This document shows, piece by piece, positions 23,611 through 36,703 of a stretch of DNA of 64,000 bases. Source of the DNA: Somniosus microcephalus (Eukaryota); contig CM126228.1 of the NCBI GenBank assembly GCA_052327205.1, positions 42,408,001 to 42,472,000 of the forward strand, read 5' to 3'. The stretch's first letter is position 1. Every line of letters starts with the position of its first letter. The translations under genes and the position numbers were made by a program. The notes below the pieces were generated by a model. That model made no database searches. It saw only the letters and a program-made list of their open reading frames with translations, and was not told the origin of the DNA.

Positions 23611-25416
23611 ACAACTACTGAAAATAGGATTTATTCAATATAGATAAACCCAGGTGAATGGCCAAGGTCCACAGTGGAAGACATCACACATTGAAACAAT
23701 AGATGAGCAGTCGTGTTTATGTCCAAGCAAGCAGTATTGGTTAGGTGCCACACTTGGGGATTAAAAGCCTGTAGGCTGTAGCTGTTTTAAGTATGCACAA
23801 TTTCTTGGATTTTGACATGATAAACATTGGGTCACGGTGAAGTGACAATAAACTGAGTATGGGTTAAACCTTCCTCCACATGAGGTTCGACGTCACTGAT
23901 ATTCAGAATATGCTTATTTGAGTCCAATGAAAAGGTAAAAGAAAGAAAAAGGAAATTGGATAAAAAGTTAAAATAATTAGTAAAGTGAATTAAGAGACTT
24001 CAGGCTGAGACACTCACTTTTGGGAATGGTAATTGGTGTATATTTGTTAGAAACACATCTGTACTCTTTACTTAATCTTACTGCTACAGTGATGTAAAGG
24101 GTTAGTAGAATTCCCATATCCACAAAACACAACTAAGCATTTTTAATACTGACAAATGTAAACTTTTGGTAAAACGTATATGGATATGAAGCTGCAACTT
24201 GTAATGAATGTTGTGATTCTTGCTAACCTTCAATGCATCCAGTATCCAGACATCCTGACTAGTTTTATTAAAATTGAAAATATTTCATGTTTTTACAATA
24301 AATACCAATTCAAATTTTTAATTAAAAAATAGGATTTACTAAGAGCCTACCAGTGCATTTATCAAAATCTCATACTAAAGAACTAGGAGAATGAGACTGC
24401 AGTTTCTCAAATGGTAGTTTGTCCTAAATTACAACTATACTTGTAAAATTTTACTTTCATTGGACGTCGAACATAATATAGCTTTGCTACAAAAAGAAGT
24501 CTGCATTTTCTACATTTTAGACTAGCAAAACTCAAAACAATGCTCTGCTGCGTGTCCGTGGGGATTAGGAGGATTACATTGTTCCTCGCGACGTGTTTGT
24601 GGATTCATCAGGAGTTTCTCAATTTTTGTTCAGCTACATTGCAATAATTGCATGCTCCACTGCAAGATTAATGAACTGCGAGATTTATGTTGGTTTAAGG
24701 GGATTGCTAGCTACTTGACAAAAATGCAAAAGGATCTTTATTGCAGGCTTGTGATTGTCTTTTTTTGTTGTTCCCTCTACCAAAATCAGGTTGTATGAAA
24801 CTGGCTGATTTAAAGCACGTGTATCTGCAAATTCATTCGTAGGTTGCAAATAGGAAAACAAAGGGTTATTAACCCTTTTTTTAAACAAACGGGAATAGGT
24901 GAGTGTGTATTGTTTGTTTTAACATCCCATTTTCATTACTGTCAGATCACATTCTCTGATCTGTAAAAAAATAAATCAATGTTAAAACTTGCATTCAAAA
25001 TCTGGGCCCAGCTGAAATTAACAGGGAGGCTGCAGGGAGCACGTAATTAGCCGAGGAACCCGGCGAGGCTGGGGATGTGGAGGGCCTGCCGATCTCAACA
25101 GCAGGGCCTTATTAGATTATTGTTGGGGCGCCCCACCTGGCCGCCGGGGACCCATGGGAACAGTCCAATGCACGCAGCTCCAGACTCGGCCGAGGCATGA
25201 GCAAATGTCTCCAGGCAGTGATCAGGAGGACTGGGGACAACAATCTGTCCACAATTGGGGACACACCATTGATTCAACCAATCTGATCCCACATACCATC
25301 CTATGCCTTCAACGTGCCTGTACGATCAATTGGATGCCACAATCATCTTTATCATTTCTGATTTGCGTTTTGTTGCTGTAACAAAAAACATTCTACCAAA
25401 AAACAATAGTCACCAT

Positions 25417-26076
25417 GGCCAGGATTTTCCCATTTCCCACCCATACATACGGTGCAGGGGGACCAAGTAGACAGCGGGTCCCCCTGCACCGTACGGTGAT
25501 GTAATGGGCGGGATCTTCACCCAGAGGTCAGCCTGATTGACAGGCTGGCTTCCAGTCGGGCGGGGAACGCAGGCTGGACACCGCAACAACAGGTAAGTGC
25601 TGGGTCCAGGTGAGGTGGTTAGAGGAGGTTCCAAGCCCAGGGGGAGTCTGATCCCTGTCCCCGGGGGGTGGGATGGATCCCTGGGAGAGGGGTCTGATCT
25701 CCGACCCAGGGGGTGCAGGCTGCTGGTGGGGGAGCTTAGGGGTCCGGGAGGAAGCACTCCTGCTCCTCCCGGCCCACAAGAATTGCTCCCCGAGGCTGTG
25801 GCCGCCTCGATGCAGCTGCCGGAAATCCTGAGCCCCAGGATCCCCGGCCGCCTGCAATTAAACCTGTAAAGTAGGTTAAAGTAGAGGCTTCAAGCCTCAT
25901 TATCATATTTAAATTGCCAACCCAACTCCTGGCAGTGGATTGGCTGCCCATCCTCCGTACCACCTGAGTAAAAAGGTAAAAGTGGGCGAGTTGGAGTCGG
26001 GTTTTAGAGTTTTCCAACTTTCACTCCCCCCCCACCCCCCCTCCAACCCACCCGGTTTTTCCTGTGAAAATTCCCC
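25417..26076. mobile_element. Decayed Harbinger-type MITE
   Basis: Ends GGCCAGGATTTTCC ... GAAAATTCCCC; GC-rich body with an internal hairpin (TACGGTGCAGGGGGACC / GGTCCCCCTGCACCGTA). Confidence 0.6.
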
Positions 26077-27994
26077 ACCTCGTGTCAGTTTCTCACTAAT
26101 TTCCATTCTATATTCCTGAAAGTAAACTTCATCACATAATTATTTCCTCCACGTCACTAATGCAAAATACACAGCTCCAACCCTGAATAAATCTTCCTCT
26201 CCCTCTTCTTGGTTGCGGGTCTGGCTGCACCCACAGACTCCCTTCTGCTGCTCTACATGGTGATACAGTTGTGCTTCCAGCTCCGTCTTTGCTCTCCTCC
26301 CCACACTCCGCTCTATTTGAGAATAAAACTTCATGCCCCGAGGACCCATAGTCAATCCCATCGTAATGTTTACATCTGTGTGGATATTCGGAGTGACGGC
26401 CCAGTCAATCCGCACGGAAAAAACTGCAATAACAAACAAAAGCCTCAAAGTAGATCACAAACTGCAATAAAAGGATAATGATTGCAACAGATTGGAAACT
26501 GGAATTTTACTCTTTGCTACATTCTCCAAGTGGTAGAGTTTAGGAGCTTTTTCTCTGCGTTTTCCATTTGATTGAAAAATGTTAAATTTGGCTTCAGCAT
26601 TCAGCAACACTGAAGAGCGGCAAATAGATCAGTTAGGGCTCCCGCTCCTCGGCTCAAAACCAAAGCAGGACTGAGGTCCTAGCTAAGGAAATCCAGCCCC
26701 TTGTGCCAAGACAGTTATGCCAAAACCAGCCTTGTGCTATAGCCAAATTAAATAGTACTATTTGATAAATGTGCTTGCAGTACACTCCATATAGCTGCCT
26801 TACAGACACTGTCAACAGAAACATAATGAGGGGTGCCCAAAAAGTGACAGAGGAGTGAGTGAAATGGCCTTTAACTGAACCCCTGGGATTCCCATCACCT
26901 TCTTACCATTAGACAAGTAACTGTGAGAAGACACTAATGCTAACAATACATCTGCCTTCCAAGTAAAAGAAAAACATTAGATAGTTTTTTCAAACAGGTT
27001 CGAACATTAGTTTGCTAAGATCTGCGTTAAAGTCTCAGTTTAGAGCCAGGAAAGGTCTGTCTGGATGCAATATCTATATATCATGCATGAAATGAGGCAC
27101 AAAAGTTTGTTCTAATGTTCACGAAAGGTCTCGTTAGTAGCAATATGCACTCAAATGGAACTGGGCCTTAAATTCAACTCAATGATGGAGGGACCCTAGA
27201 ACATAACGTACCTCACGTGGTAGTACTCGCTGACTTGGAAACACGCAATCCTACGAATGCCCGTCATTTAATATAGCGAGGAATATTTGTGGGAAATGTA
27301 GCTAGCAGGGGTGGAGCAGAGCAGGGAAGGGAGGTAAGAGGCACCGCAGCTGAATGAGATACTGGAGGCAACACAGCTGGGTGGGGGAGCAAAACCAAGA
27401 GGTGGGGGGAACTGCAGCAGGTGGCAAGATAATGAAATAAAAAATTAAAATAGATTAAATAGATAAATAAAGTTAAAAAGAAATTAAAAATGAAAAGAAA
27501 AGCTAACCTGCAGAGTAGGTAAAACAAAACAGCAACCAAATAGGAGAGAGAATTGGAAATCAAAGTTACCTAGTGGCCAGAGACTGTAACTACAGCGCTA
27601 CAGCAGCTGTTTACATAGGGAAATCCCATTATGTTTACAAACACAATTTCAAGGATGAAATTGTTGACAAAAAATCTAGACAACAGGAATGAATTCAGTT
27701 GGACAGCAAGTTGCGCATGTGCACAAGATTTTTAATAGTAACAAAGTTGAGACATCTTCTGTCACAGGCTCAAGCTGTACTGATGAAACGGACCAGACCA
27801 TGCCCGGTTCAGCTCTCCATAGCTGAATAAGGCACAAAGCTTTCACCTCGCATAGCTTGTCTGTTGGCAGGAATAATTTCCACAACTATAATCAAGAACA
27901 GAGAAGATGGAAAATAAGTTGCAGCTTCTGCGCTAAAGCCCAATGTGAAATTGGAACACAAACAAATGTTAAGTTAAAAATGAAAAATTGGATC

Positions 27995-28370
27995 TTTTTT
28001 GTTCGAGCAATGCAGATTACAGAGCGATATAACAGAAGTGTTTAAAATTCTGAAAGCATGGGACAGGGTAGTTAGAAGCAGACTGGTTGCAATAGTTGAG
28101 GGGTTACAAACGAGGGATATAAGATTAAAAGGCAAGAGATTTGGAGCAGAGGGCAGGGGATACTCTTTACACAGAGAGTTGTGAGGTTGTAAAATTCACT
28201 TTCAGGATTACTGGTTGAGGTAGAAACTATCAACATCCAAGATTCGATTGGATAGGTGGATAAAGGGATATGGAATCAGGAATGTGATTGGGACTAGTTG
28301 CTCACGTGGAGGGTAAACACTGACATGGACTGGTTGGCCAAATGGCATGTTTCTGTGTTTTAACTTCTGT
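27995..28370 (+). mobile_element. Decayed CR1 3' end
   Basis: FEQCRLQSDITEVFKILK motif and a CR1 3' UTR stem. Confidence 0.75.
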
Positions 28371-28413
28371 GTATTTTTTTCTCTGTCACTCATCTCAAGA
28401 GGAATTGCACACA

Positions 28414-28726
28414 GCACGGTGGCATAGTGGTTAGCACTGTTGCCTCACAGCGCCAGGGACCCGGGTTCGAATCCGGCCTCGGGTGACTGTCTGTGTGGAG
28501 TTTGTACATTCTCCCCATGTTTGCGTGGGTTTCCTCCGGGTACTCCGGTTTCCTCCCACAGTCCAAAGATGTGCGAGTTAGGTTGATTGGCTATGATAAA
28601 TTGACCCTTAGTGTTAGGGGGATTAAATACATGGGGTTACGGGGATCGGGTGGGATATGTGTCGGTGCAGGCTCGATGGGCCGAAATGGCCTCTATCTGC
28701 ACTGTGGGGTTTCTGTGATTCTGTGA
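28414..28726 (+). mobile_element. Full-length V-SINE (HE1-like)
   Basis: A-box TGGCATAGTGG, B-box GGTTCGAATCC, V-domain, CR1-type tail ending TTCTGTGATTCTGTGA. Confidence 0.92.
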
Positions 28727-28844
28727 TATGCAAGATTTTTCAACTATTCTGGATAGATACATGTCTGGCATGTGACCATCGTACTCCAGATGTCACAGAT
28801 TTTTATGATGCCAAACAGTAAATAAAATAAAAATAAAGTCAGAC

Positions 28845-29532
28845 ATTGATGCATTTTGGAAGGATGAGGAGAGTCAATATAAACTAAATGGTACAATTTT
28901 AAAGGGGGTGCAGGAACAGGGGGACCTGGGGGTTTTACATACACAAATTTTTAAAGGTGGAAGTTAATAAGGCTGTGGAAAAAACGTATGGGATTCTGGG
29001 ATTAATAGAGGCATGGAGTACAAAAGCAAGGAAATTATGCTAAACCTTTATAAATAATTCTGGACACCATACTTTAGGAAGAATGTCAAGGTCCTGAGAG
29101 GGTGCAGAGGAGATTTATTAGAATGATTCCAGGGATGAAGGACTTCAGTTATGTGGAGAAGCTGGGATTATTCCCCTTAGAGCAGAGAAGGTTAAGAGTA
29201 GATTTAATAGATGTGTTCAACATTATGAAGGATTTTCATAGAGTAAATAAGGAGAAACCGTTTCCACTGGCAGAAGGATTAATAAAAAGAGGTCACAGAT
29301 TTAAGATAATTGGTAAAAGAACCAGGGGGTATCTGGCATTAATTGCTTGAAAGGGCGGTGGAAGCAGATTCAATAGTAACTTTCAAAAGGGAATTGGATA
29401 AATACTTAAAAAGGAAACATTTGCAGGGTTGTGGGAAAAGAGCAGGGGAGTGGACTAATTGGAGAGTTCTTTCAAAGAGCTGGCACAGGCACGATGGGCC
29501 GAATGGTCTCCTTATGTGCTGTATGATTCTAT
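28845..29532 (+). mobile_element. Decayed CR1 3' fragment
   Basis: QRRFIRMIPGMK..LGLFPLEQRRLR motifs; tail TGTATGATTCTATG. Confidence 0.85.
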
Positions 29533-29732
29533 GGCTTGCAGCCTGAAATTTACAAGTCGTTAGTATGGAGGAAAACTGTTAAATGAACAATGATTTTGCC
29601 AATTCATTTTATTCACTTAACCATTCTATTTGTTTATCCGTTTTAGGAATGTGGAATCCGCTACCACAAAGAATAGTTGAGGTGATTAGCATAGATGCGT
29701 TTAAGGGGAAGCTAGATAAACACAAGGGAAAA

Positions 29733-30184
29733 AAAGACTTGCATTTCTACAGCGCCTTTCATGACTACCAGACGTCCCAAAGCGCTTTACAGCCAATGAA
29801 GTACTTTTTGAAGTGTAGTTACTGTTGTAATGTAGGAAACGTGGCAGCAATTTGTGGACAGCAAGTTCCCACAAACAGCAATGTGATAATGACCAGGTAA
29901 TCTGTTTCAGTGATGTTGATTGAGGGATACATTTTGGCCAGGACACCGGGGAGAACTCCCTTGCTGCTCTTTGAAATAGTACCATAGGATCTTTTACATC
30001 CACCTGAAAGAGCAAACGGGACCTCAGTTTATCGTCTCATCCGAAAGATGCCACCCCTGACAGTGCAGCACTCCCTCAGTACTGCGCTGGAGTGTCAGCC
30101 TAGATTTTTGTGCTTAAGTCTCTGGAGTGGGACTTGAACCCACACCGTCTGACTCGGAGGCAAGGGTGCTATCAACTGAGCCAT
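29733..30184 (-). mobile_element. DeuSINE (SacSINE1-like), full length
   Basis: Reverse complement of the 9778-10225 type; head TGGCTCAGTTGATAGC at about 30184. Confidence 0.87.
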
Positions 30185-31764
30185 GTGGTGGGGGTGGGGG
30201 GGGGGGGGGGGGTATTAATGTCTTGCAGACCCAGTCTTGGACCCCTCCCTTCGTGTGCTGCAGCTGATAATGTTTGAAGCGGTGAGGGTGCGTAGGAGGC
30301 TGTTCGCAGCTCATCAGTACCCGACGTACTGGTGGAGTAGAGATACCAACTCTGGTTGGAGGCACTCCTGGAGGCTTGATCATGCGATGTTCCGACCACA
30401 AGACATCTGACCGTGTGATGTTGGATCATGCGACATCAGGTCACATCACTTCTACAAATGTTATTGGATTTATCTTATAAAGGTTGGGTCCCCTGTAGTT
30501 GAAAACCTGTGTGTGATTTTGCGCCAGCAGCTATTGTGTGAGAAGTTCCAAGAACTAGGACACCACCCGAGAGCAGGCGAAGAGGGAAACCATTCTCTCC
30601 ATCTCTCCCCCCCAAGGCCCCAGTCTCCATCGCTGCCCCCTGCCCCCATTCCAGTCTCCCTCTCCCCCAAACTCTGGCCCCCCTGCAACTTCAGGCCGCC
30701 CCCCCCCCCCCAAAACAAGCTCAGGCCATCCTCCCGTGATTTCAGTGCCCCCAATTCCTGACTCCTTCCCCCCGATCGGCAGCTTTTGTGTACTGGCGAT
30801 CCTTTTACCCAGCATCCAGTGGCAGAGACCCCTCTACCCCCGTGATTGAGCCAAGCAAGCATTCAAACCCCGAGATATGCATGCTGGGTAGAGAGATCTC
30901 CATTACACGAAAGCCTTTTTTTTCCAGCCGCTGCTGCCTCACACTGACCTGTGTGTCCAGTGGTTTAAGTTGTAAACTGACTTGGTGCTCTGAAGGCTGT
31001 CCATAGTTTGTAATTTGCAAGTGTCTATTGTTTCAATGGGCAATTTGTATCTATTATAATGTAAGTTATTTAGGACCGTCAGTGAGTGTTCATTTTTTGC
31101 AGGTGTCTGTTTGTAGATAGATTTTTTTGGTGGATAAAGAACCTACAAGGAAGACTCGGGTATTTATCTTTCTCTGAATTACCTTTACTAAGCATGCCAG
31201 CGGTACAAGAGCAGATTACTCTATTTTCCAGTCTTTTAGAATAAAAATGTCCTTTGTATAGAAAAAGGGCAGATTTTCCCCTAACACAAGGGTCACTGGG
31301 CTTTCTTAAGGTTACACAGGTCCAAATCAACCCTTGCAGTGTTTACATATAACAATATAACAACTGCAAACTACAGTAGTCATTGAAAGTTACTACGACT
31401 GGACTAGAAGCTCCAGAGCCTGTATAGAAGGCAGGGAATGGTGACAAAAAGAACAGTGAGCTTTTCAAACCTGGGAAAAAACGACCTGCTGTGATGGGGT
31501 TCCTATAGGGACCAGGAGTTGGTTGCCCAGGATGATGCCACGGTATAAATTTTTATGGGCATACTTAAGAAGTGGTTTCCGCAGAACAAATCAAGGTTGA
31601 AGTTCTTATGATGTGTGAAGTTTACCAGAATGACATAACTACAGCAGTAAAAAGCTGAATATTTATGCGACGTCATACCAGGTACAATTCTAAAAAATGA
31701 ATCAAATTGTTTGTGCTGGAAGTTAATCATGTGACACTCACTCATATCAAATACCAGTTGGAAA

Positions 31765-31940
31765 TAAACAGACAATGCTGGAAATACACAGCAAGTTAAT
31801 CAGCATTTGTAAAAGGCGCCAATGTTAACATAGGTGAACACCTACATCGAAAATGTTGCAGCAAAGGGCTCCGTCTGAAACACCAATCTGTCTTTCCTTC
31901 CAGCTGTGACGAACCCAATGTGTATTTCCAGCATTCAATC
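31765..31940. mobile_element. Old Penelope pLTR remnant as a head-to-head inverted pair
   Basis: AATGCTGGAAATACACA (about 31774) and TGTGTATTTCCAGCATT (about 31919) form an inverted repeat and match the pLTR motif at about 14745 and 41960; hammerhead cores are decayed. Confidence 0.6.
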
Positions 31941-33072
31941 TTTACCCTTTTCATCTCAATGGGTTGAAAAGCTTCATTTTCAACAGCAATTGTAAACAAA
32001 CAATAGCATGTCTTTTTAGCTTTTGTTTGTCATGATCAGCACCTTCATTTCAAAATTAAATCTGGTAAGGTGCATAAAAACATTTTGGAATGTTTAACAA
32101 GTGAATATTACATGTGATAAAAACTGGAATTATAAGCTAGAAGAATCCAGACATCCTCTACCACTTTTTGTATAATTTATCATCCTGTATTGTTTTTTTA
32201 TCTCCTTTCATTTCAGAGGTAATGACGCTAGATGATTCTCTCTTCCTGTGGGGATGGGAGGAGGGTTAAGAGCAGCTGTAGATCTTCTCCGCACTTTCTC
32301 TGTTGGCAGCTAGCTCAGATCAACACTGGCAGAGGCCGGGGGTAGGCCCTTCTTCACCTGCTTCCTTATATGCAGCTGGCATTTGCCTTGCCAAGACCAA
32401 AACAGTGTTGTGACTTGGGGCTCACGCCCATTAAGAACTCAGTTGAGGTGCCTATCTCATCTGAAATAGAACCCTTACAGCCAGCAGACACAAGGAACTT
32501 TCAGTCTGGGTTGGAGTTAAACCAAAGGCCTACAAATGAAAGGATAGAATGCATAGCCACTGAACCGCCTCGTCCCCCATGGTTAGCTCATTATGTCAGA
32601 ACAAGATTCTGAATATTAAAGCTATTTGAAAAGTTATAGCACCCCAAAAATAATTAATGACCCACAGTTCTTATGCTTTACTTTGAATGATCATATCTAA
32701 ACATCCCATTTTGCATATGGATGTTATAATCACAAAGTTCACGGCTTGTGTTCTTGACACAAACGCGTTAAGCTCTGTCCAAAAGAAATAAGCTGTCTAC
32801 CAAACACCACTTAATTTATCAGTGTTGACGTACTCTTCGGAGCAGAAACACAGCCTGAAACATAATGGGTAGTGGGGGGAGCTGATAAGGAACATTTCTT
32901 GGAACAGGACTGCGGCAGATTAAAAAGGTACACTGCTCATATGCCAGCCTGCTTTCCTTTCAGGTATCCAGAGCAACTTTGATGGATGTAAAAAAAATAT
33001 TTCCCATAGCCTATGAAGCTGTCCGCTAATCTAGCATTTTTGGTCCATGATTCTGGAGGATGACAAGGCCAT

Positions 33073-33300
33073 TGACGCAAGAAAACTACTAGGCACTTGG
33101 TCTAAGCATTAAACAAAGTTTTAATCAACTGTTTTACAACATGGAGATCTAGTTGTGTCCTTCACTAGTTCCTGTAAAAGAATGTCCTGAGCAAGCTGGG
33201 CCCATGCCCGAGTATTTATACTCTCCCTGGACAGCGCCACCAGCAGGCCGCCCAGTATTATTTCATAAGTCATTTCCACATGAATGGCTGATTCATGTCA
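33073..33300 (-). mobile_element. Solo LTR (228 bp), family L1
   Basis: TGAC...GTCA ends; TSD GCCAT/ACCAT; TATAAATA on the minus strand; homologous to the split copy at 49456-49536 plus 53329-53481. Confidence 0.85.
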
Positions 33301-33331
33301 ACCATTACCAACATTAAGGTGGCCCCCAATC

Positions 33332-33546
33332 AACAACAACAACTTGCATTTATATAGTGCCTTTAACGTAGAAAAATGTCCTCAGGCGCTTCACAGGAGC
33401 GTTTTCGGACAAAATTTGACACCAAGCCACATAAGGAGATGTTAGGGCAGATGACCAAAAGCTTGCTCAAAGAGGTAGGTTTTATGGAGCGTCTTACAGG
33501 AGGAGAGCGAGGTAGAGAGGCGGAGAGGTTTAGGGAGAGAATTCCT
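33332..33546 (-). mobile_element. L2 LINE 3' end
   Basis: NSLPKPLRLSTSLSSCKTLHKTYLFEQAF; tail ATATAAATGCAAG(TTG)n. Confidence 0.85.
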
Positions 33547-35269
33547 CTTATAGTTGTAATTTCTGTGGTGCCAGTTGAGGACTCCTGGAATCGTGTGTAC
33601 ACGTACTTGATATACATTTGCTGACTTTCTCCTGTTTGCCACACTCTGTGGTGCAGAGGAGAACCGTCTCCGAGCTCTGCTTGGGTCAAGAAAGTATGGA
33701 AAATGATTCAGTCAATCAGACAATTAGTCTTCTCCTAAACTGCATTAGGTTAAATTTCTAGATGTACGATTTCCCCTTTATTCAGTTATCCTCCTCAGTT
33801 CCCTTATAGTTGCCGGGGCATTTCTCTGGGGTTTTCATCAAAAGTGTCTAAGCTTTTGCCTTTGTGGAATGCATAGATACATACAATGGAGCCCAGGGGG
33901 CCGCATTTAAACTTCAAATCCACGTTCCCACTAATTTGCAGTTATCTCAAGCTACTGGCAACAACAGATCCTGCTGATCTGATTTAGTATTTATCCACCA
34001 ATGAGGCAACAGCGCTAAAAGCAGGCCTTTCCAAACCTCCAGGTCCCAAAAATTCCAATAGGACAAACTAGAGAATAGGAAATATAAGTGCAAATAGGAC
34101 ACAGGTGCCTAGGCTTCAAGGGCTAGATTATAGGGTTCGGGGGCTGCATGTAGCTTACGGCCACAAGTGGGCAACCATGACCTAGGGTGTCCTACAGATC
34201 TTGTAGTCACTGACTTGTGCCAGGTTTCTGTGGTTTTTATGGTTTCCCTTCTCCTTCCTCGTGCAGGCTTAATTTATTTTCCCTGCTCTTGATTCTATTT
34301 GCCAGCTCTCATGACCCGTCTCCTTTACTTCCCTGTAGTATTTCGTCTATCATTAGGACATTGCTGCACTCCTTTAGTATCATGGCTCCTTGTTTCCCAT
34401 CCTGCAATTGTTGTTTTGTTTCTGGTACAGCTGCTAATATGCACATTCCAGTCGTTAATCCTGCTCCACGTTGTACAATTCTCTGTTGGTTATTTTAAGT
34501 TTGAACCAATACAAGAAATAGAGGGCAAGAATTGGGCTGGGAGCTTGAAATGCCACACAACTGTTGACAGGGCCAGTGACGGGCAGGCCCATTCTGGCAT
34601 TTAATCGCAGATTTTCTGCCCCAAAGGTTTAGAACATTAAATCGTTTTTTTTAAATCCACCTTCAATGCTTTTGCTCACGACTTAAAATGTTAATCATTT
34701 AAAAACTGCTTCGCAAATTGTTCTGTGTTGGTTTTCTCACCCAATTAGTTTAAAATCATAAGCTCTAATAAACCTATTTTTAACAGTTCAGCAAAGCGAC
34801 ACAGGTACTAATACCAGTGCAAGCCTTGGATTGTGCACTCGGTACCACGTTGATCAAGAAGTGAACCTGTGGAGACAGTAGGTGTTATGTAGCAAAACAA
34901 GACCCTGTCTCCTGGGAGGATGAAGAACATTCAGAGGCTAATGCACACTAAGTGCTGCTGTAACAGCATCAGGGTCTTGCAACCAGAACCAAGAAGGTAG
35001 CTGTGACCACCAGCTCCAAGACACACAGAGCACGGCACCTGATTCTTGCATCCTACTGACTGAAACATTTAAATAGCATTAAGTATAAAACATTCTTCTG
35101 ACAGTGAGGCCTTGTCCATAGCATTTTGGAACTTTGCACTTACACATGGCATATCCCACAAGGTCTCAAATAATAAGGAATCACAGCTTCCCTAGGATAT
35201 CCAGAACTGGACTACTGCCTTCAAAGATTTTAGAGTGTCAGCTTGAATGAGCTGACAATGAGGGAATCA

Positions 35270-35520
35270 AGGGGCAAGATGAGATGATTTTTTTTTTACG
35301 CAGCAAATTATGATGTCCTGGAATGCATTGCCTGCAAGGGTTGTGGAAGAAGATTCAATGGTAACTTTCAAAAGGGGATTGGATAAATACTTGAAAAGGA
35401 AAACATTTGCTGGGCTATGGGGTCAGAGCGAGGGAGTGGGACTAATTGGAAAGCTCTTTCAATGAGCCAGCACTGGCATGATGGGCCAATGGCTGCCTTC
35501 TGTGCTGTATGATTCTATGA
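35270..35520 (+). mobile_element. CR1 3' tail fragment
   Basis: Matches about 29330-29532; ends TGTATGATTCTATGA. Confidence 0.8.
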
Positions 35521-36334
35521 GTTGTGTTATTTTGGAGCACCTCAACCACAAAGACCATGAACACCTCCCACTCCCATCCCCAGGATAGTCAAGACTACAC
35601 GAGTTATGAGTTTGCAAGTCTGCCAGCTAACAGGAGCTGCTGAATGTTGCTATATGTTAACTTGTTTTAAATCCCAAGTTAATTTCTCATTTGGGGTTGG
35701 ATTTTATCGACATTAAAACAAATTCAAAATAAGAACTCTGTATTTTCCTGGGAACCACAAAGTATCCTTGTGTTTTCTTGAAGCAATGTAACCTTATCTA
35801 TGAAATCGAAGGCATCGACAAGGTTAAAGCAGAAGCTAAAGCATTCTCCGAATATCCCACAAAAGCTGTTTCTGTGAACATTGCAGAAATCCCCTGGAAA
35901 TAAAGGACACAATTCTTCCACATAATGACAAAATAACCAATGGGACACTTCGATTGTGCTCGTTATCTGTTCACAATCTGGGCTTTTCTCTGACATCTAC
36001 ATGATAATGAAATAGCAATAATGTACTGATTATTGTGCTTTATTTTTCAGGCACTTCAGGTTTTGGTAATAATTTCTTGCGAGTTCATTTAACTATTTTA
36101 TTTGAATGGTTCATTGTCTATTAAAATTAATTATTCTTACTGATTCAATTCATGTTTTCCTTCTTCCGACAATGCTTCCTGGTCTAGCTGAATAACACTT
36201 GCCAATTTCCAACTTTCACCCTGCAAGAAACATCCCTCGGCCCACTCTCACTGCAGCACCTGCCATTCGCTTCTCTTCCTCCCCACCCCTTCTCCCAGTC
36301 GCCCACTGTTACCAATTCCAACTAATCGAAAGTA

Positions 36335-36691
36335 CAGGAAACTTTGTGTTATTCGGAGGCTAAATGTCCGGCAAGCTCGAGCCACCGGCAAAAATCAGGA
36401 GCCTTTTTGTTAGGGTTTTTTTTCTTCTCGTAGGCTTTTTTCCTTCTCGTGGCTTTTTTTTCCCCAACAGTCAGGCTCTGCAAAGTCTCTGTAGCTTAGC
36501 AACAGCTTCAGAGAGACGCTTCCAAGGTACGGGCCAACTGTTTAGAAGCTGTTGCTAAGCAACAGTGTTTGTTGTCAGATGCGGAGATGAAAAGCTCCGC
36601 ATGCTTCAACATTAACGCTGGTTTGTCCGGCAGTTTTGAGGGAACGGCAACAGCTCGGTCCCGTCGGTGCCGGATAGCACAAAGTTTCCTG
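36335..36691. mobile_element. Tc1/mariner (Tigger-like) MITE
   Basis: TIR CAGGAAACTTTGTG(T/C)TAT; TA TSDs at 36333-36334 and 36692-36693; internal segment of about 110 bp shared with the 17078-17748 MITE. Confidence 0.88.
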
Positions 36692-36703
36692 TAAATGGAT
36701 TCC

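Noticed and set aside
28414-28490. tRNA gene (A and B boxes)
   Set aside because: It is the tRNA-derived head of a V-SINE; the same applies to the DeuSINE heads.
30805-31020. Short ORF containing LEKK as a candidate ARNT2 exon
   Set aside because: The true EKK exon is at 20530-20629; this stretch adjoins MITE-like debris and shows no ARNT similarity.
35724-35996. 90-aa ORF in apparently unique DNA
   Set aside because: No recognisable family; the opposite strand shows a CR1-like trace (YEIEGIDKVKAE), suggesting ancient LINE debris.
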